Shown here: positions 25,650-38,436 of the stretch, one piece after another | How positions within the stretch are numbered: position 1 is the first letter of the stretch | How the letters are laid out: the number at the start of each line of letters is the position of its first letter | DNA from: Amphiscolops sp. MND2022 | Taxonomy: Eukaryota | Direction of reading: 5' to 3' | NCBI GenBank assembly: GCA_964187785.1 | Contig: OZ076413.1 | Coordinates: 23,994,001-24,058,000, forward strand | Length of the DNA: 64,000 bases | The notes under the pieces: generated by a model | What the model was told of the DNA's origin: nothing | Database searches by the model: none | What the model saw: the letters and a program-made list of their open reading frames with translations, nothing else | Position numbers and translations under genes: made by a program

Positions 25650-26917
25650 CATCAATGATGTCGGGTTCCAGAAGCATGTCGATCCCGACAGGCTCGCTGA
25701 CATTACGATTCGCCAGCTTCAGATAATCCTCGTGAAGCATCTGCAAGATATCTACCATTGCGGTAGGTGGTAAGCAGTTGTTTTCGGGATCAAGTGAAAT
25801 TTAGGTTTAACAAGCCTGCATTTGAAGTTGGTAACTTACCGTGCGTCTTTTGGGAAATTGGAGCACCCAGGGTTACAACGATTGACGGTGTTTTTTGCAC
25901 TTTCAACATTAGTACCTTAGCTTTTGCCTAAGTAAAGAAGCTAACCTGATCCAGATCCACAATGTCCAGTCGAAACAGACCTATCGGCTGGTTGACCTGC
26001 TGAACCGGCAGATGAGTGGATTGTTGTAACGGGGAAGTTGACACATTGCTTCCGTTCTTCTGCATCGAGCTTGACGACGATGCAGGAAACCAATCACACT
26101 TCATTGTTTCACTGGGTGATCCAACAGTTCTAGTGCCCTCAGGTGCTCGTTGGTGGTTTCGTGAATTTGCTGAGGACAGGAACAGCTTTTGCCTCCACGG
26201 ACAACTGGGGCTAGTTGGCTTGTAAATGAGCACACACTAAGCTTCGTGTGTTGTAACTCCTTCAGTAGCGGCCACGCATTAGGGTATTTGGCTTCTGTGA
26301 TTCCAAGGATTCCAAGAGAGCGGAATGTTTTCGCTGTATCCCAACTTCATGCAGGCCTTCAGGTGATTCAGTCTCTCCAAGTCCGATAAAAGGTTGCTTG
26401 ATGCCACTGCTTGGAAGTGGTGACTGAAGGATTCCCAATTGGTGTAGACTCCAGTGAAGGTTGGCAATTGGAGCCTTGGTAGACGCATGCGTCCTGTAGT
26501 CGACGGACTTGAAGAGGATGACGCAGCTGCCGTAAGTCCCGCTTTCATTAGGGTCTTGACATCAATTTGAGCACTGAGGGTAGCTATGGCAATGTTCATT
26601 CCAACATGCCATTTCCATTCATAGGCTGAAAAAAATACCTCCTGTTCTTGTGACAAGTTGGCGTTGTCCTCAATTTCCAGCTCGATCTCTGTGTTTCATC
26701 TGAGGATTGTTTTGTACTTGATCTGCAATCTAGAAAATAGCGCCTCTACGTCACACAACTTCTCACTAGTGAATGTGTGGTCTGCTACAAGGTCGTCTAC
26801 TGTGCTCTTATATTTTATGAACGCTGCCTTGTGCCCTGCCCTCACACCCACAAGTTTGCGAACTTTTTCTTCTCAGTTGTTTGTTTCTATTTGAGTTATA
26901 TCCGAGACAGCGGACCA
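25650..26917 (-). mobile_element. BEL/Pao gag remnant (part duplicated at about 19430-19781)
   Basis: RLPRLQLPTFTGVYTNWESFSHHFQAVASSNLLSDLERLNHLKACM is DUF1759-type BEL gag. Possible PBS TGGTCCG at 26917-26911. Confidence 0.75.
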
Positions 26918-27274
26918 GGTGATGATTAGTATTGGCAATGAATTTTGAGAATTCCGGAACAGTTTGGTTTCAGCTCCAAAATTATGGACAGCAACGTCAT
27001 GAAACTATCCCTGAAGGCAGCCAGGGTGTGCTTACGGTTAGCAAAGCGAGAGGAGCATGCAATGGCGAGGTGTCGAAGACACCGGTTTCAATACCGATTA
27101 CTACTGAAGGGCTCCGTTTTTTGGAGCTATGAGTTTGAGTATTTGAAGTAGTATAATTGGATCAACTTTTTCTTTTTAAGTGAAGAGCTGTGACTAATTA
27201 ATGAGTTTTCATATTGCCCCTTGATGACAATTTCTTTCACAATTGTTTATTGGACCACAAATCTATTTAAACTG

Positions 27275-27322
27275 AACTACCCGGAAACGGCGTAAGTTGG
27301 TCCCATATCTACGGCTAAAAAT
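27275..27322 (-). mobile_element. Degenerate HINE terminal fragment
   Basis: AACTACCCGGAAACGGCGTAAGTTGGTCCCATATCTACGGCTAAAA aligns by eye with the HINE left end. Confidence 0.5.
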
Positions 27323-27499
27323 AGCAAGAAGACATAAAAGAAAACAGAAAGAATTTGAAATTACACTGATGCGTATGTATATAGATGGACGTTCAAAGAA
27401 CTAAATAAACACACAGCACCAGTGGGGACCCTCGAAAGGTATTCATGAACCGTGAAGGATCCTCCAAGCACAAGGGCATCAGCAACAGACGACGTCTGC

Positions 27500-28700
27500 C
27501 AGACGTTCGCAATTTATTTTGTTCTTAATTTTCAAGATGAACGTTTTCGCCACATTTTCATCGATAGATTCATAATTGCGATGTCACAACTACGATTTTT
27601 GTAGATGATTCAGTAACAGAGTTTCGCGATATCTAAGTGATTATCGATTGACTTCTGTTCGTACTTCAGGCACATGGAACATATTGGAACGAACACTCCG
27701 AGTAAAGCGGGCGAAGTTTTCTAGATCAAAAGAGTCTTGATATTAGGCAGTTGACTTCCTCTACTTTTATGCACGGCGAACTTCAATGGTTCAAATACGT
27801 AAAGGTCGAACTTTTTCACGGTTTGGTTTCTGTCAAACAATTCATCAGAAGGATACAGGGCTTTGAAAAACAGCACACATAGAATTTTTTTCTGATGAAG
27901 AAAGATTTCATAAGGTATACTTTTCCTCTCGTGAATCCGTATATCAAGGGTCCTTCTTTTATAATAGCATTTTTGTACGTGTTGTATTATTTTATCATTA
28001 CAGAACTACTGGTGAAATGCCTCAGACGGTTAATAACAGATATATGTTTAGCTAATTCACTCAATACTGATTGGACGTGGAACACGTAAGTTAAATTTTT
28101 ATCAAGAAGCATACCCAGATCTTTGACGTATTGAGTACGAGTTATTTCAGTCTTCTTAAATACTAAGTTGCCAACCTTCCAGTTTAAGAAATGGACTAAC
28201 TCAGTTTTAGGAATGATTTGACTAAGTTTATTCATGGTCATCCGTTCAGGAATGTGTTCAACTTCATCTCGCACTGAAGATCTTCCATGTTGTTTTGAAT
28301 GAATCTTGTTTTCAAATGAGTTCCGGAAGTCATTAACATGAATAATAAAAAGCAATGGTCCCAGAATAGATCCTTGCGGAACACCACAGTAAATAAATAT
28401 TGGCTTTGACACTTTACCATTAATATAAACACATTGACTCTGTTCAATTAGATATGACGTGAACCAAGCAGACTCCTCTGACACCGTATTCTGTCTGCAA
28501 GTTTGTACAGCAGAATCTCGTGGTTTATGGTATCAGAGGTTTTTTGCAGATCTAGCAATATAAAAGAAATGTTGAGGTCAGAATTATCCTTTATCATCTC
28601 TGTAGTATTAGCGAGTGTGTGGATGGGGCTGAGTTTTGATCTGAATCCAAATTGTCTTGAGTGAAATAAGTTGTTTTTATCCATGAAATTTTATAATCGC
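27500..28700 (-). mobile_element. Decayed LINE (Crack/Daphne-like) RT
   Basis: QFGFRSK, LLDLQKTSDTINHEILL, GVPQGSILGPLLF and VKDLGMLLDKNL, with many stops and frameshifts. Confidence 0.85.
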
Positions 28701-28749
28701 TAATGAACAACAGGTTCAAATACTTTGCTTAATACTGACAAAACAGATA

Positions 28750-31700
28750 TGGGTCTGTAATTTGTCATCTATTTTTACAAAACCCATTTTTGTCATTGGA
28801 AAAGCAACTATTCTTTTCGAAGAGCACGCTAATCTTTACGTTTTGAAAGCGAAGACATTTGATCTTTGTTCTTTTTCCGGCGAGAACAAAGAAGCAGTGC
28901 TGTCGCATCATCACCTTGGTCACAACTATTTCAAAAACATGAAATGTTTGGCTCATCATGTTTTGGGAATGAGCTTGAAAAACAGTGCCTTTGATAAACT
29001 TTGTTGTTGTGAAGTTTGCAAAATTTCTAAGTCACGATGGCAAACAGTATCGCGGAAAATGGAGAAAATATAATCTTAGAAACTTCATCTCGTTTTCACT
29101 AACATTTTGGGACCGAAGCCAACTACTTCGCTTGGTGGCAATTGATACGCGTTTTCTTTTACGGTTAGCTACAGCAGGTTATTAGCGGTATATTTCCTCA
29201 AATCGAAGGAGGAGTGACTAGATAAATTCAAAGTTTATTGTGTGCAAGTGGGAACGCACTGAGTAATCTGTTCTGATAATGGGAAAGAGTACATTTCAAA
29301 GTCTTTTCGAAGTTTTCGTATATGAAACCGAATCAAATGTGAGCATACTACCCCTTATTCGCCTCATCAAAATGGTGTGAGAGAACGTCGCTGGTGAACA
29401 TCAGTTGAAATGGCTCACTGTATGCTAAAAGCAGTCAAACTCGGCGGTGATTTTTGGGATTGGGCCTTACACACTGCTTTCCACATTTCAAACCGTTGCC
29501 TCACAGTAGGTTAACCAGAAGGTAAAAGCCCCTTCGAGAAGTTTTTTGGTGAAAACCCAGACCTTCCCAATTTGAAAGTTTTTGGGTGTACTGCTTTCAA
29601 TCACAATGAAACGCATCGACATAAACTTTCCGATAAAGCAACCTAATATGTTTTTGTTGGTTATTCTGAGGTTTCCGAAGCAATCATTTGTACAATCTTG
29701 TACAATCATTTGATGAGACGTCTTTTGACTCTTTTGCTAAGCGTCAAAACATCCAAGGCTTTGTAACTGGAAAGCCGACACCGAAACAAGGTTTGCCTGA
29801 AACATTAAAACATTTTTGTGAGAGGTCTTTAGTTCCTGTTTTACCAACAGAAACATTGAATGATTTCGAAACTGAAACCCTTTCCCCCGTTGATGCTGTT
29901 TCATCTGAAAACAATGACGCCATTGAAAGAAGTGTTTTCTCGCGGTCTTGAAGAGGGAGAGTTTTTAAAATTCTTGTGTATCTCGACGACTACGTTCTTT
30001 TAACGGGTGACAGCGATGAGAATCTAACTTATCGTGAAGCAATGAAGTCATCGCTAAAATAAGCAAACGGATCGAAGCTACTCGAAAGGAGTGAAGCAAT
30101 TCGAAGCCGGTGGTTTTTCAAAATTATGCGACACGACGACGGAACTACTGAGAAATTCAAGGCTCGTTTCGTAGCCCAAGGGTTTTCGCAAGATTTTGTT
30201 AATGATTACTATGAAACTTTTGCACCTACTGGCAAACTTTGTACATTGAGGATTTGGATTGCACTCGCTGCTTCTTGGTCGACTTTTGCTTTTCACTTAG
30301 ACGTCCGTTCAGCCTTCCCCAATGCGAACTTAAGTGATGAACTTTACATAGAACAACCAGAAGGCTTTGCGCAAGCGGGGCCTAATGGTGGAACACTTTC
30401 ATTGCAAGCTTCAAAAAAGTAGGGAGAGAATGGAACAAAACATTAACCCAGTGGTTTGTGAAGAACGAATTTGTAGAGTCTGCCTAGGATCATGGTCTTT
30501 TTCGTTGCGATGGGACCAATGGTTCCCAACTTATTGTACTAGTTTGAGTCGACGATATTTTGTACTTTTCAAACAACGACAAAATGCGGCAAGATTTGAA
30601 AGCGAAATCCAGAGATCCATTCAGCATCGATGATCGTGGGAAAGTGACTTGGTTTTTGGGGATTCAATGTTGAACAGTAGGTCCCATTTTTCTTTTTCAG
30701 TGGGCATATATAACGGATGTTTTTCGCAAAAGCCATATGTCTGATTGTAAACCAGTCAGTACGCCACCTATACCCCATACGAAACAGTCTAAATCGGAAT
30801 GCCCCATCGAAAGTAGTGAAAAGTCACTTGAGGTTTACGAACAGAAACAATATCGTAGCATAGTTGGAAACTTAATGTATTTGTCCCTAGTTAGTTGCCC
30901 CGATATTTGCTTTTCTGTCTATACCTCAGCGCAACTCGTGTCAAATTCCCGTGACGCCCATTGGTGTGCTTTGAAACACCTTCTTCGTTTTCTCAAGGGA
31001 ACCGTGTCTCTATCTCTTGTGTATAACCGCTCTAAAAATCTCGAAATGTTTGGTTTTTCGGATTCCGATTGGGCCACCGACATGGATGATCACAATTCAA
31101 CTTCGTGTTTTTGCTTCAAACTATGTCGCTTTGTCAGTGTTGTCTCTTGGGCGTCGAAAAAGCAAGGGTGTGTGGCACTTAGCTTCTTGTGAAGCCGAGT
31201 ATGTTTCGTAGGATTTGGATGCACAGGAAGCAGTCTATTTGCAAGGCTTGCTTACATTCTTCTGCTTAATGACGGTGGACACGCCTGTTCTGTTGTGCGG
31301 TGACAATCAATGGGCACGCGCAGTGGCCAGCAATCCTTTCGTCCACAAACGAGCTAAACACATAGAAACCCGACACCACTTCATCCGTCAATCCTTCAAT
31401 GAGCTCTCATCGCAACTCTTTGTCATTCAGCCAGCTCAATCATCTACTTAACCCTTGCCTCCCTCATAAGTCAATTTTTTTAGTTTACCCATTATTATGT
31501 CTATGTTACAACTAGGACTTTGACGACTTTCAGCATCTCATCAACTGATGTGTAGAGCCCTCTCAACCGCTGCTTTGAAACGTCAGATGGTCAAGCACAG
31601 TGGGTCGCCATCATCAACCACCAATAGCCAACAACCCTCGGAGACTCTCATCGAGCTGGGGTGTTAGAGACCGATGAAGGTCAACGGACCATTGAATGTC

Positions 31701-31845
31701 AATAAATTCAGACTATATCAGACTGAACTGATTTTAGATTATTTTTGTTGTTTGTGAACATGTATCTGTTATTTTTATCTTCACTTGACTGAATCACTCT
31801 CTCAAAATAAAGTATTGACAAGAATCTGTCTTCAATAATCCGACA
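28750..31845 (+). mobile_element. Decayed Ty1/Copia retrotransposon with putative 3' LTR (31662-31845)
   Basis: GAG-pre-integrase (HHHLGH, CEVC), integrase, RT (KARFVAQGFSQ, ETFAP, HLDVRSAF) and RNase H (DSDWA, SWASKKQ, KRAKHIETRHHFIR). Purine tract GAGCTGGGG then TGTTAG...CGACA containing AATAAA. Confidence 0.88.
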
Positions 31846-32672
31846 ACCCAGCCACTATCAGGAGGAGTTTAGGCCCTAACAATCGCGAAGCGATCGTGGT
31901 GGAAGCTGGTCTTTGCGAAGGTGAGGGCGAGCGTGCATACATCAGATATGCCCCACATTTTAGTTTTTAGAGCTTATTCCTTTAGATCTTAGGCGGTGGG
32001 GCTCTCAGGAGGTTGTGTGAAGAATATCAAGCTTGTAGATTTAGTGATCCAGTCTGTAGCAAAAATTATACAAACTGGACCACCTAGGAACAGTTTGTAG
32101 AATTCTACAATCTGGTATTCTAGAAACTAGACATAATTCATCTGATGCTGTTCAAAACCTTTTCAGTGTTTTGATTGCAATTCGGCCACCTGAGTTGCTG
32201 CACAAAACCCAAAGTGTCGAAAAACGCAAAGTATCAAAAATTGGGGTATTTTTGGACCGAATTTTTGTGTGAGCGGAAAGCGACATCGAAAATGGTTCAA
32301 ATGTTTTGAGATCGAATTAATCCTTTTTTGCTGGACTTTTCCTCCGCAAAGTGTTTGAAAGCGTTCAAATTTTTTGGGTACTTTTAACCACATAATATGG
32401 GGTTATATACGGTGGTTCGCGCGGATACGGATCGACTCCCTCAGGTCGAAAACAAGGGTGCGTCCCTGGATCAACCAGTGGAATTTCCGGAAATAGATTG
32501 TGTCGAATATTCCGGAAATAGATCCTGAATCGTGTCGAATTGCGAAAATTTTGGAAGTATAGTGACTGTCTCGGATCGAACAATAATTGCGTCAAATTAG
32601 TCGGACCAAAAACATGCGGGAATGCGCACTGCTAATTCCATTCGGGAAATGGGATAACAAATTTCGACCCGA

Positions 32673-33444
32673 TGTAACAGCAAGCTCTGGTACAGCAATA
32701 TCAACCGATTTTGCAACTTTGGCATGTTCAGAAATTTTGTCAAAAATTCTAATCCGATGTGTGACGTGGCACTGAGCATGTGATTGCTCTTTTCGCTGTT
32801 TCCACGAAATTGGCAGGTACTTCGACAACAAAGAGCAAGAACGAGCGAAAACACGGGCGCGCCGCCATGACAGAAGCCAGAGACGGCAAGAACATCCGAA
32901 AATAGACTCTTTTTGAGGTGCTAACACCGGTTTTATCAATTTTCAGCATTATGCTACCCTATGCAGCGGAAACCGTAAAAATGAGTCTTTTCGCCTAAAG
33001 ATCCTTGTTTGGTGTTTGGAGTCCCTGCGCCCCAGCTTGTAGCTTTGTGGTTTGCCATATTCGTGCCTGTTTTCATGTATTTTCAGTGATTTTGGCTGTA
33101 TTCAGTAGCGCTAGCGCTAGTTTAGATCTTATTCCCCAATTTTAGATCTTATTCACATGTCACTCTGGAACTGGAAATTTACCTTATTCTTGGCATTGTT
33201 TTTATATGCTAGTTAAGCGGTGGTCTTTAGAGAGTCAGAAAGATGCCCGTTACTATTAGCAATCAAAGACTAGGACCGGTTGGACAGTATTCGTCGAAGC
33301 ACCCGCGGCCCCGGGACGTATTTCACCCCTGGAGGCAAAATGGATCTGTGGCGATGGGCGCCCGTCCCGAGCGATTCACCCATTCCTGCAGGTTCCTCCA
33401 CCTCTGTTAACGCGTTAAGCGACCGATAACAGCTTGCCGTTACA
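32673..33444 (+). repeat. 5' LTR (772 bp)
   Basis: TGTAACAGCAAGCT...AGCTTGCCGTTACA, near-identical to 39548-40317. Confidence 0.92.
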
Positions 33445-33459
33445 TGTGACCTCATTTTT

Positions 33460-33477
33460 TGGCGACCACAGAGGGAT
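33460..33477 (+). promoter_or_regulatory. Primer-binding site, tRNA-Arg(TCG)-like
   Basis: TGGCGACCACAGAGGGAT is complementary to a tRNA 3' end ATCCCTCTGTGGTCGCCA, which resembles metazoan tRNA-Arg(TCG). Confidence 0.7.
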
Positions 33478-36400
33478 CGCTTCCGATTACTGCCCTATTA
33501 TATGGTTTTGAAATTTCCGACCCCCTGGTATTGGACGCCAAGAACGATTGGACTCTGGAAGGAGACGTTTACCCAGAGTTTTTCCAAATTTGTTAGATGT
33601 TATGACGTTGTATTTTGGTGTTTTTCCAGTCTTTCGGGGGATTTTTCCGAATACCTATGGTATGTTTTGATAACAGGTATTTGTTGACAGGTATCGTCTA
33701 AAATTGCACGTTCCCATCAGCGGGAACCTTTGTAATGGCTTAGCGAACCGCTAGAAAGCCGTTACGCATGTTGTAACAGGTGTTTTACAGCTCATTTCAG
33801 CGTTTTTGGCTATGTACGAGGTATTCAGTTGATGGATGCGCCATGTTCCATCTGACCGATAGATGAGCTGAAACGAGTGTTCCCGACTCTCCTTTTCCAT
33901 TTCCCGTGGATACGTGCTAGAAGCATGGTTTTCGGTGGAAAGCTAGCACAAACACTGACGTTGCCGACGGTCCAAACCGTTTCTCTTTGGCTGGTCTGGT
34001 TGTTGAGAAAAAAGACGGCGAAAGTACCACCCCCTCATTCCGCAAGAATCGGTTTTTTGGAGTATGGTATGAAAAAATTTTTAGATTGTGTATTTTTTGA
34101 CGGGGAATCATTTGTGCATGCTAGTTTCACCCTGTTGCAACTGAGTGTGTGCTTTTGCACCTGTTTTGAGTGGAAAAAAGTGCGATTTTTAGTGCAAAAG
34201 TCGCAAAAACGGGATTTTTGGCATTTTTGAGTACTTTTTGGTACGAGCGCGAGCGCTCGAAGTATTAGCCACAGTAGTTGCAAAAATGAATAGGAAGCAA
34301 CCCAAAACCTTGAGGGTTATGCTACATAAAGTAACGACAACCAGAAAGGCCGTTGGAGTCCTTTTTGAGACACATTTTGCATGAAAAAACCCGGTTTGTG
34401 GCGAAATTGGCAAAAAACCACAATGAAATACCACTGGGAGAGTGCTGGATTGTGATGTAATTGCCTCTTGCGTGCTGCTGTTAGTTTGGGGCACACTCCA
34501 CAGTACCAAAAATAGAATTCAAGAGAGTTTGTAACGTTTTCTTGGTGAGAACAGGTCGAAAAACCTTGATTTTTGGCCAGTTTCAGGAGTGCCAGAGTAC
34601 ATCATTAAAACCTCTAGGGCACTCAGTGTTTTCGTGACCTGGGAGCCTGCGCGCTCTCATTTTCTGTCTTTGTAGTAAAAATAACGCGTGGTGGTGAAAA
34701 CCGCGTGTAAAAACTCCCTTTCAGTGCTGAGAAAAGTGGAAAAACGCACTGAATTTGATCAATTTTCCACAAAACCGGACTGTCTCTGAGCTAGGGTCGG
34801 GTCATCGATTCCTGAACCCTAGCCAAAAAGTGGTTGCATTTTCGTAACTACCACCAAAAGTAACGTTAGTGCCGAAAATTTGGTGAGCGTATCGGTCACC
34901 AAAGTCGAGAAAAGCTCTCTGACGTTTCGACTTCAGAGAAGCGTCAGAGGACCGAAAAAATCCAAAACTGCAGGACTGTCAGTGCCTTATACCCGACGGG
35001 CACAACCAATTGAGGGTTTATCCCAGTGCTAAGGATAGTGGGGCAACACGTTGGTCCCATTTTGCCCGCCGTATCACTTTCTGAGGTGATCCTCTTGGTC
35101 AATTTGTGAAAAAAGTCGTCAAAAACAGTGATTTTTCATGTACAACGTACATAGTGGGTCGAAACCTCAAATAAGCGCTCGCGCTTCAATTCGACCATTT
35201 TAGTGGCATTGTAGGTGCCCACTGGCATAAACTACCAAGTTTGGTGCCGATTTGTGAAATACTTGTTGAGAAAATAGGAAAAACGTGGCACCCAAAAAGG
35301 TGCGCAAAAAAGCAGTTTTTTCTTAATTTTTCCGAGTAACCCGGGCACCTTAGCCGACGGGTGGGGCTAAATTGCAGCCCACCATCGTAATTTGTGCTAG
35401 TTCCTACGTTGCTGCAGAGAATTTGAGCTTGCTAGCTTTTTCCAGTGGACCGCAATCTTGAAAAAGACGTGAAAAACAGTGTATTTTGGTACATAGTGAT
35501 ACCGCACCTCTGTACCTAGGTGAAACTGTGTAGAAGGGGCGCAGCTCAATTCTGTGTTCATTTTCGTAAACCTACGTGTACCTAAGATCTGCTGGTCAAT
35601 TTTGGGCTAGATACGGCGCTTCCAGCGCTCACACGAGCCTCTTGAGTGTTGTGGTGCGATTTTTGGAAAATCCAAAAATTCTTTGAAATTCTTCCTGTGG
35701 GTGACTGGAGACTTTTTGCCCTAAACCAGGTTGATTTTCTAGCCCAGTGTGGGAAAGCGCTGTGCAAATTTGAACAGCCTACGAGCCTTAGAACGTGTTT
35801 TAAAAAATCTTGGACGTTGAAAAACATCAATTTTCTTAAGTCCTTACCGAAACGAGCAGAGGGCCAAATTCTTGAGGAGACGCCCTGCAAGCCTACCAGC
35901 GTCTGTTTCACTGTTCTAACAGCGTGGTTGGTGCCTACTGGCAGCGCTTGCCAAGTTTGGGGTCAACTGGTACTGTATCTGTAGAGAAATTGACTAAAAC
36001 AAACTGCACAAGAAGGTGCGCAAGAAGGCGAATTCTACAAAGTCTTGTGGGATCGCCTGAACACCTTATTCAAAGAGTGGGGCCAAATTGCTGCCCACTA
36101 TCGCAACCAGTGCAAGTTCATCGTATTGTTGCCGAAAAAACGAGCGTGAGCGCTCTTTGCAGCTTGCCAGAATCTGTGTTGACACGTGAAAAACAGAACA
36201 TCTTGGAACACAGTGATACCGAACGTCTGTACTGTGTTGAAACTTCACCTAGTCATCTCAGCACAAATCAGCTATTATTCCCGTGTACCTCAACTTACCT
36301 GGGATCGTGTGGTTGATTTTGAAGTCGATCCTTCGTTTCTCGCGTTAGCGCTAGCCACTTGAGTTTTTCTCAAGTGAATCTGAAATACCCAAAAAATATC

Positions 36401-37455
36401 TGAAAAACCTCTGACCTGTGACTGGATCCTAATACCCCTATTCTGGACTCATTTTTAGGTCAGTACATCAATCCTGAAGTGCTGTATACGTTTCAGCACA
36501 CTCCGACCCTTGGAACTAGTTTTGACTCTTCTTGGACGTGCATGGTCATTGTACCAGTTTAAGGTTTCACCGAGACTAAAGATGGGGAAGTGGGAAAAAA
36601 GCCAGTTCTACGTGCTGGAAACCTGTAGAAATCCCTAGTTTGAACTTCCAGTAGTTTGTTCATTGCTGTGCGTGTGATATTTGATCAGTATCGAGTGGGC
36701 TGCCTTGCTGGATCATAGCATTTTGTTACTTGAAATCGTGATATCCTGTGTATTGTAACGAATTGGATCATTTTTTCGGAATTGTCGGCGCACCTTATTG
36801 GAAAGTTGGGATAACATTGCCCTGCACTATTCCTATTAGTGTCAGTTGGTGCACCGTTGCTGAAAAAAGTGAGCTCGAGAGCTCAGCACTGTGGACGAGA
36901 GTCTTTGATTGCATGTGAAAAATCGTGTCCATCGAGACACGGTGATACGGAACGTCAGTATCAAATCTAAATCTTGCCCAGTGGTCTGAATTCTCATTGG
37001 TTGTTACTGTAGTGTAGCTGGCTATACGTGTGATCGCGTGATCAATTTTGAGCCCGATACCACGTTTCCAGCACTTGTACAAGCCATTTGAGTGTTTTTC
37101 AAAAAAAGTTGAAAAATCCAAAAATCGTTGAAAAAGGCTCTAGCTTGAAGCTGGAGGCAATCATCAGCTACGGGAGGTTATTTGTCTGACTTGTGTGGCT
37201 GACGAATTGTGCTGTGTCATTTTTTATCCAGTACGATTGATAAAACTGAATTTGACTCTGTTCAGTCACACGTCTTGAACAAAATTCCAAAAAACGCCAG
37301 AAAAACTATCAGTGCAAACCTTCAATACTTCCACTGTACAGGAGGCAGACCCAAAAAGCCTTCATTTTCCAACAGAAGGGGCCCAGTAGACTTTCCTGGG
37401 TGCAAACGAGGCAAAACCCACAGTTCAAAAAAATTTCCGACAGGGGTCATAAATT

Positions 37456-38436
37456 ATGGACTCCTATGGGACTTCGAATTTTGATCCTGAACAGCTCAAG
37501 TCAGCAGTGTTGCGTGCCTTGGACGCACTCTGGACTACGGGACTCTGGATGGATGAGATATCAGACTTTTTGGAACAAAGCACGCTTTGCCAGGAGAAAC
37601 TGCTAGCGCGAGCGCTAGCGCGAGCGCTAGCACAAATGCAGATCAATATTTCAGACGCCGTCGAATCAGAACCATTGACACCGCCAACAAAAGACATGGG
37701 GGTGGACCCAACACCTTTGGACACCACAACCATGTGTATTGCTGACACTTTGCCTGAATATCACGCCGGTGATAATGGGTTGCGCGAGCGCAACCTCTAC
37801 TCAAGTGATACGAAGTATGAACGAATATCTATCTCATCCTCCATTTCCATTTCGCAGGATTCTTTAAGCAACTCTCACTTCCCTGGAACAAAGTCCCTAA
37901 TATCAACTACGAAGTTGCTACCGAGTTTGCTGAAAGACTCCTTTGAGCCACATTCTGCTAAAGGTGGGCTACGGGATTTCATTCAGGTGGACCCGCCAGT
38001 CTTTATTAATTGGTTGCCTGGTGGTTCAGCTAAAACTCGACCAACTGGTCATAGACGTGGTCGACCACCGCGCACAGACTTTGAGCACTCATGGCAAAAA
38101 GTTCTATTGTCCCTTTATGATGGACGTCGCCGTGGCCGTCCATCACGCCAAGTTCTACCATGGTCACATCGACCGAAGGGACATAGGCGTGGCCGTCCTC
38201 CGAACAACTATTCCAGTCTTGAGACAGACCCAGTCTCCACAGTTTTCTTTATCGGATTTCCTGATGATTCATGCTTGTTGCACGTCCTGTTGCTATTGGA
38301 TGGTGATGTCTATCCAGTCCAAACCACACTCCACTTCTTTTCAAAGGGGGAGGAGGTGTCGTCAACGCTTAATCTTTCCTGCTGCATTTTTATGTCAGGC
38401 ATTCAATTTTGTCCATTCCTCACTATCCTCATGTGA
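37456..38436 (+). CDS. 326-aa orphan ORF with three AT-hook-like RRGRP motifs, cargo of the LTR element
   Basis: ATG start and uninterrupted frame. Motifs GHRRGRPPR, GRRRGRPSR and GHRRGRPPN. Confidence 0.65.
   Translation: MDSYGTSNFDPEQLKSAVLRALDALWTTGLWMDEISDFLEQSTLCQEKLLARALARALAQMQINISDAVESEPLTPPTKDMGVDPTPLDTTTMCIADTLPEYHAGDNGLRERNLYSSDTKYERISISSSISISQDSLSNSHFPGTKSLISTTKLLPSLLKDSFEPHSAKGGLRDFIQVDPPVFINWLPGGSAKTRPTGHRRGRPPRTDFEHSWQKVLLSLYDGRRRGRPSRQVLPWSHRPKGHRRGRPPNNYSSLETDPVSTVFFIGFPDDSCLLHVLLLLDGDVYPVQTTLHFFSKGEEVSSTLNLSCCIFMSGIQFCPFLTILM

Larger units (their letters stand above)
12468..26001 (+). repeat. Tandem segmental duplication: 12468-19781 vs 19782-26001
   Basis: Collinear high-identity match of Gypsy internal region, LINE relics and BEL gag fragment. 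Differences include two HINE insertions and a palindrome (unit 1) and a minisatellite (unit 2). Confidence 0.92.
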
